This document shows positions 61,369-64,000 of a stretch of 64,000 nucleotides of DNA, in pieces. Position 1 is the first letter of the stretch; the number at the start of each line of letters is the position of its first letter. The stretch spans positions 128,001-192,000 of the forward strand of contig CAVPGK010000013.1 in the NCBI GenBank assembly GCA_963703955.1, read 5' to 3'. The stretch comes from Nitrospirota bacterium (lineage in GTDB: Bacteria; Nitrospirota; Nitrospiria; Nitrospirales; Nitrospiraceae). A model generated the notes under the pieces. It was not told where the DNA came from. It saw nothing but the letters and a program-made list of their open reading frames with translations, and made no database searches. The position numbers were made by a program, and so were the translations under genes.

Positions 61369-62139
61369 TCAGTGCTCCATGTTCGGAAGACAAAGAACAT
61401 CGCGATAGGCGCAGAGATCGTCGAGAAGAGTCTTCTCGTCAGCCATGATCTTGGTCTTTTCTGCCTCTCCGATGAGTTGGATCATGTAGCTTTGCTCAGC
61501 GATACCTTCTTTAAAAATGAACGGATAAAGAAGACTGGAATTTGGAACTGCTCCAATGTCTTCGTTCGTCATGTTCGGAGCGTAGAACATCAGGTGCGGA
61601 AAGGGCATGGTATGAACTTTCCAGTCAGGAAGCATCCATGTGCGCATGATCGGCGCGATCATATAAGATAAACCTGCTTTTTCTGGAACTTTATAGGTCT
61701 TGTTCTTGTAACGATTTTCAATTTCAGCTTTCAAAGCAACAGGACTCATTCCTTGAATGCGAAGCGTGGCCACGTCCATAATGACTTTTAAGAAGCTCTT
61801 TGTGCCCTCGGCGTCGTAGCAGAGAGGAACATAGATGTCGTTGCGAAAGTCGGCCTGTTCCCAGGCAGTGCGCTCTACAAGACACGTCACACCACTCGTT
61901 CCCTGTCGGGAAAGTTGATAGCCCTTCTTAGGATCGAGAAGATAAACGGTTGCTTGGTCCCGCATTGCCGGAGGCAATGCGCTTAGTGCAAACTGAGTTT
62001 CGAGTTTGGCTGGCATTTGCTCGATAGTTGTCTCAGTCGCCTGGCCTGGAGGTGCTGATATGCCAATAAGACTGATTGCGATGATTGGCAGGACCAATGT
62101 GATTTTCACGGCGTTTTGCATGTTGCTCTCCCTATACAT
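61369..62139 (-). CDS. Hypothetical secreted protein
   Basis: Signal peptide; ALSALPP, PLCYD, SYM..P, PHLMFYAP. Confidence 0.75.
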   Translation of the reverse strand: MYRESNMQNAVKITLVLPIIAISLIGISAPPGQATETTIEQMPAKLETQFALSALPPAMRDQATVYLLDPKKGYQLSRQGTSGVTCLVERTAWEQADFRNDIYVPLCYDAEGTKSFLKVIMDVATLRIQGMSPVALKAEIENRYKNKTYKVPEKAGLSYMIAPIMRTWMLPDWKVHTMPFPHLMFYAPNMTNEDIGAVPNSSLLYPFIFKEGIAEQSYMIQLIGEAEKTKIMADEKTLLDDLCAYRDVLCLPNMEH

Positions 62140-62488
62140 GGTGTTGCGCGAAGCTTAGTCCCGATTCGCTACGAAACCATTTGCTGGTATCCAGTCTTCA
62201 CCCATGTCTCGAAATGCACGTTCGTACGCTCGCCGTTTGTACTGCTCTTGTGCTAGGGACATGGGTGGTGCCCTCATGAGACTATAAACATGTCAAAAAA
62301 GAGCCAGCAATTTCTGAGTCCGGAGCAGATTGCAAAGTCGTGGGCTAATACTCCTGCACTCTTTATGCGTAGGACTAGCGAACGCATGATCCAAGACTTC
62401 GACCAACTCAGTCGGCGAGGCAAGGTAGAACACACACCCATGGGGCGAAGTCGCTTCCGGACTATGGTGCTTCGAATCGGTCATGGAG

Positions 62489-63541
62489 TCACACCTGCAG
62501 GATCGTAGGAGTGCGTCTGCGGCAGCTTGTGTTGGGAGCAAGCATTGCCCGGACCGTGCGGCAGAATCCTCCCCAGGATCCGAAGGTATCGGCAACTGCG
62601 GAAGCCTCGTAGCCGCAGTGCACCATGCAGTCGGCGCACTTCTCATTCCGTCCGGTGCCATACCGATCCCAGTTTGTGCCGTCGAGGAGTTCCTGAAAGG
62701 TCTTCGCGTAGCCGTCCTGCAGGAGATAGCACGGCTTCTGCCAACCAAAGATGTTGTACGTCGGGTTCCCCCAGGGAGTGCACTGATAATCCAGGTTTCC
62801 CATTAGGAACTCCAGAAACAGTGGAGACTGATTGAAGCGCCATGACCGCTTACGGTTGCTGAGAATGTCGGCAAACAACGCGTGAGTTTTCTCTCGCTGG
62901 AGAAAGTGCTCCTGATCCGGTGCTTTCGTGTAACTGTAGCCCGGGGAAATCATCATCCCTTCGAAGCCGAAGGCCATCATCTCGTCGAAGAGACGGCGAA
63001 TCCGCAGGGGGTTCGCATCGCTGAACAGAGTCGAATTGGTGGTGACCCGGTGGCCTCGTTTGAGCGCGGCCTTGAGCGCGCGCACCGCCACGTCATAGAC
63101 CCCGTCCCGGCAGACGGCATGGTCATGCTCCTCTCGGAGCCCATCCAGGTGAATGCTGAAGGTGAGATATTTCGACGGCTGGTACTGGTCGAGCTTTCGC
63201 TCCAGTAAAATGGCGTTGGTGCAGAGGTATACATATTTCCTGCGTGCGACGATCCCGCGAATGATCTTCGGCATTTCCGGGTGAATCAACGGTTCCCCGC
63301 CAGGAATGCTGACCATCGGAGCCCGGCATTCATCGACCGCGGCCCAGCATTGCTCCGGCGTTAGGCGTTTGTCGAGGACATGATTGGGGTACTGAATCTT
63401 TCCGCAACCCGCACAGGCCAGGTTGCAACGGAACAACGGCTCGAGCATCAGAACCAGGGGGTACCGTTGGACACCCTTCAGCCGTTGGGTTAGGACATAC
63501 CGCGCGACCGTGACCATCTGAGACAGCGGAATAGCCATCAC
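62489..63541 (-). CDS. hpnH: Adenosyl-hopene transferase (radical SAM)
   Basis: RYPLVLMLEPLFRCNLACAGCGKI, CTPWGNPT, KCADCMVHCGYE. Confidence 0.95.
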   Translation of the reverse strand: MMAIPLSQMVTVARYVLTQRLKGVQRYPLVLMLEPLFRCNLACAGCGKIQYPNHVLDKRLTPEQCWAAVDECRAPMVSIPGGEPLIHPEMPKIIRGIVARRKYVYLCTNAILLERKLDQYQPSKYLTFSIHLDGLREEHDHAVCRDGVYDVAVRALKAALKRGHRVTTNSTLFSDANPLRIRRLFDEMMAFGFEGMMISPGYSYTKAPDQEHFLQREKTHALFADILSNRKRSWRFNQSPLFLEFLMGNLDYQCTPWGNPTYNIFGWQKPCYLLQDGYAKTFQELLDGTNWDRYGTGRNEKCADCMVHCGYEASAVADTFGSWGGFCRTVRAMLAPNTSCRRRTPTILQV

Positions 63542-64000
63542 CTACTCCTGCCGATCGTATCCGGAAACCTCGCGCCTTGAACAGGAAGCCTATCACTCTG
63601 GTGGTGTGGGCTGGACGCGAGCAATTCCGATCCTGCCTCACGCCGAGACGAGAGACCGTGATTATGGAGTAGATGTAGCGCGGCAACCAGCCGTGATCCA
63701 TCCACTCTCGAGTAATCAGGCGGGGACAGCGTTGCGGGAGCTGGGAGTTTCCCAAGCAGCCGCAAGAGTAACAGCACCGTTAGGGGAATGTAGATGAAGA
63801 TGCCGGTCATGCCTATCAACGGTTCATCGATCCAAAATGTGACGGAGAGGTTGAAGAGCAGGATACTGTAATAGAGGCCGCAACCCATCAGGAGGTTGGT
63901 CGTGACAAACCTCTCGGAGCGCACCTCTGACTCAGGCAGGTGACGATCGAAGCGAAAATAGATCACCAGGGCGATCACCCCAACCACCGCCCAGCCGAGA
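63538..64000 (-). CDS. Hypothetical membrane protein, partial at the window edge
   Basis: Several hydrophobic helices; stop overlaps the hpnH start. Confidence 0.6.
   Translation of the reverse strand, partial: LGWAVVGVIALVIYFRFDRHLPESEVRSERFVTTNLLMGCGLYYSILLFNLSVTFWIDEPLIGMTGIFIYIPLTVLLLLRLLGKLPAPATLSPPDYSRVDGSRLVAALHLLHNHGLSSRREAGSELLASSPHHQSDRLPVQGARFPDTIGRSR

Noticed and set aside
62290..62508. 72-aa plus-strand ORF converging on hpnH
   Set aside because: No clear RBS or motif, and it overlaps the hpnH end.
1..64000. CRISPR array, rRNA, intact tRNA, transposase or integrase
   Set aside because: No regularly spaced repeats or recognisable motifs; the tRNA-like pieces are partial.

Overview
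Bacterial window with three parts; gene style resembles Nitrospira, which is an inference only. (1) About 1.2-48 kb is an accessory stress/low-oxygen island. It carries six universal stress proteins, three stand-alone CBS proteins, Hsp20, DnaJ, a SufC/SufB-like pair, RtcA, a PAS histidine kinase, a GNAT/acyl-CoA synthetase fusion, c-type cytochromes, a cupredoxin, an NAD-linked formate dehydrogenase with an FNT channel, CzcBA-like efflux, a Na/Ca exchanger and a P-type ATPase. About nine sigma-54 -24/-12 promoters and a recurring 17-bp TGT-N11-ACA-like site occur upstream of its transcription units. It also holds two tRNA 3'-end (att-like) fragments and many gene relics. (2) About 48.3-62.2 kb is a run of about 20 short co-oriented minus-strand genes with mixed base composition, eroded attC-like sites and two ECF42-type promoters. 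It resembles a decaying integron cassette array with no integrase in view. (3) The right end has hpnH and a partial membrane-protein gene. Many single-base frameshifts occur, and some may be assembly errors. All family calls come from motif recognition; no searches were run.
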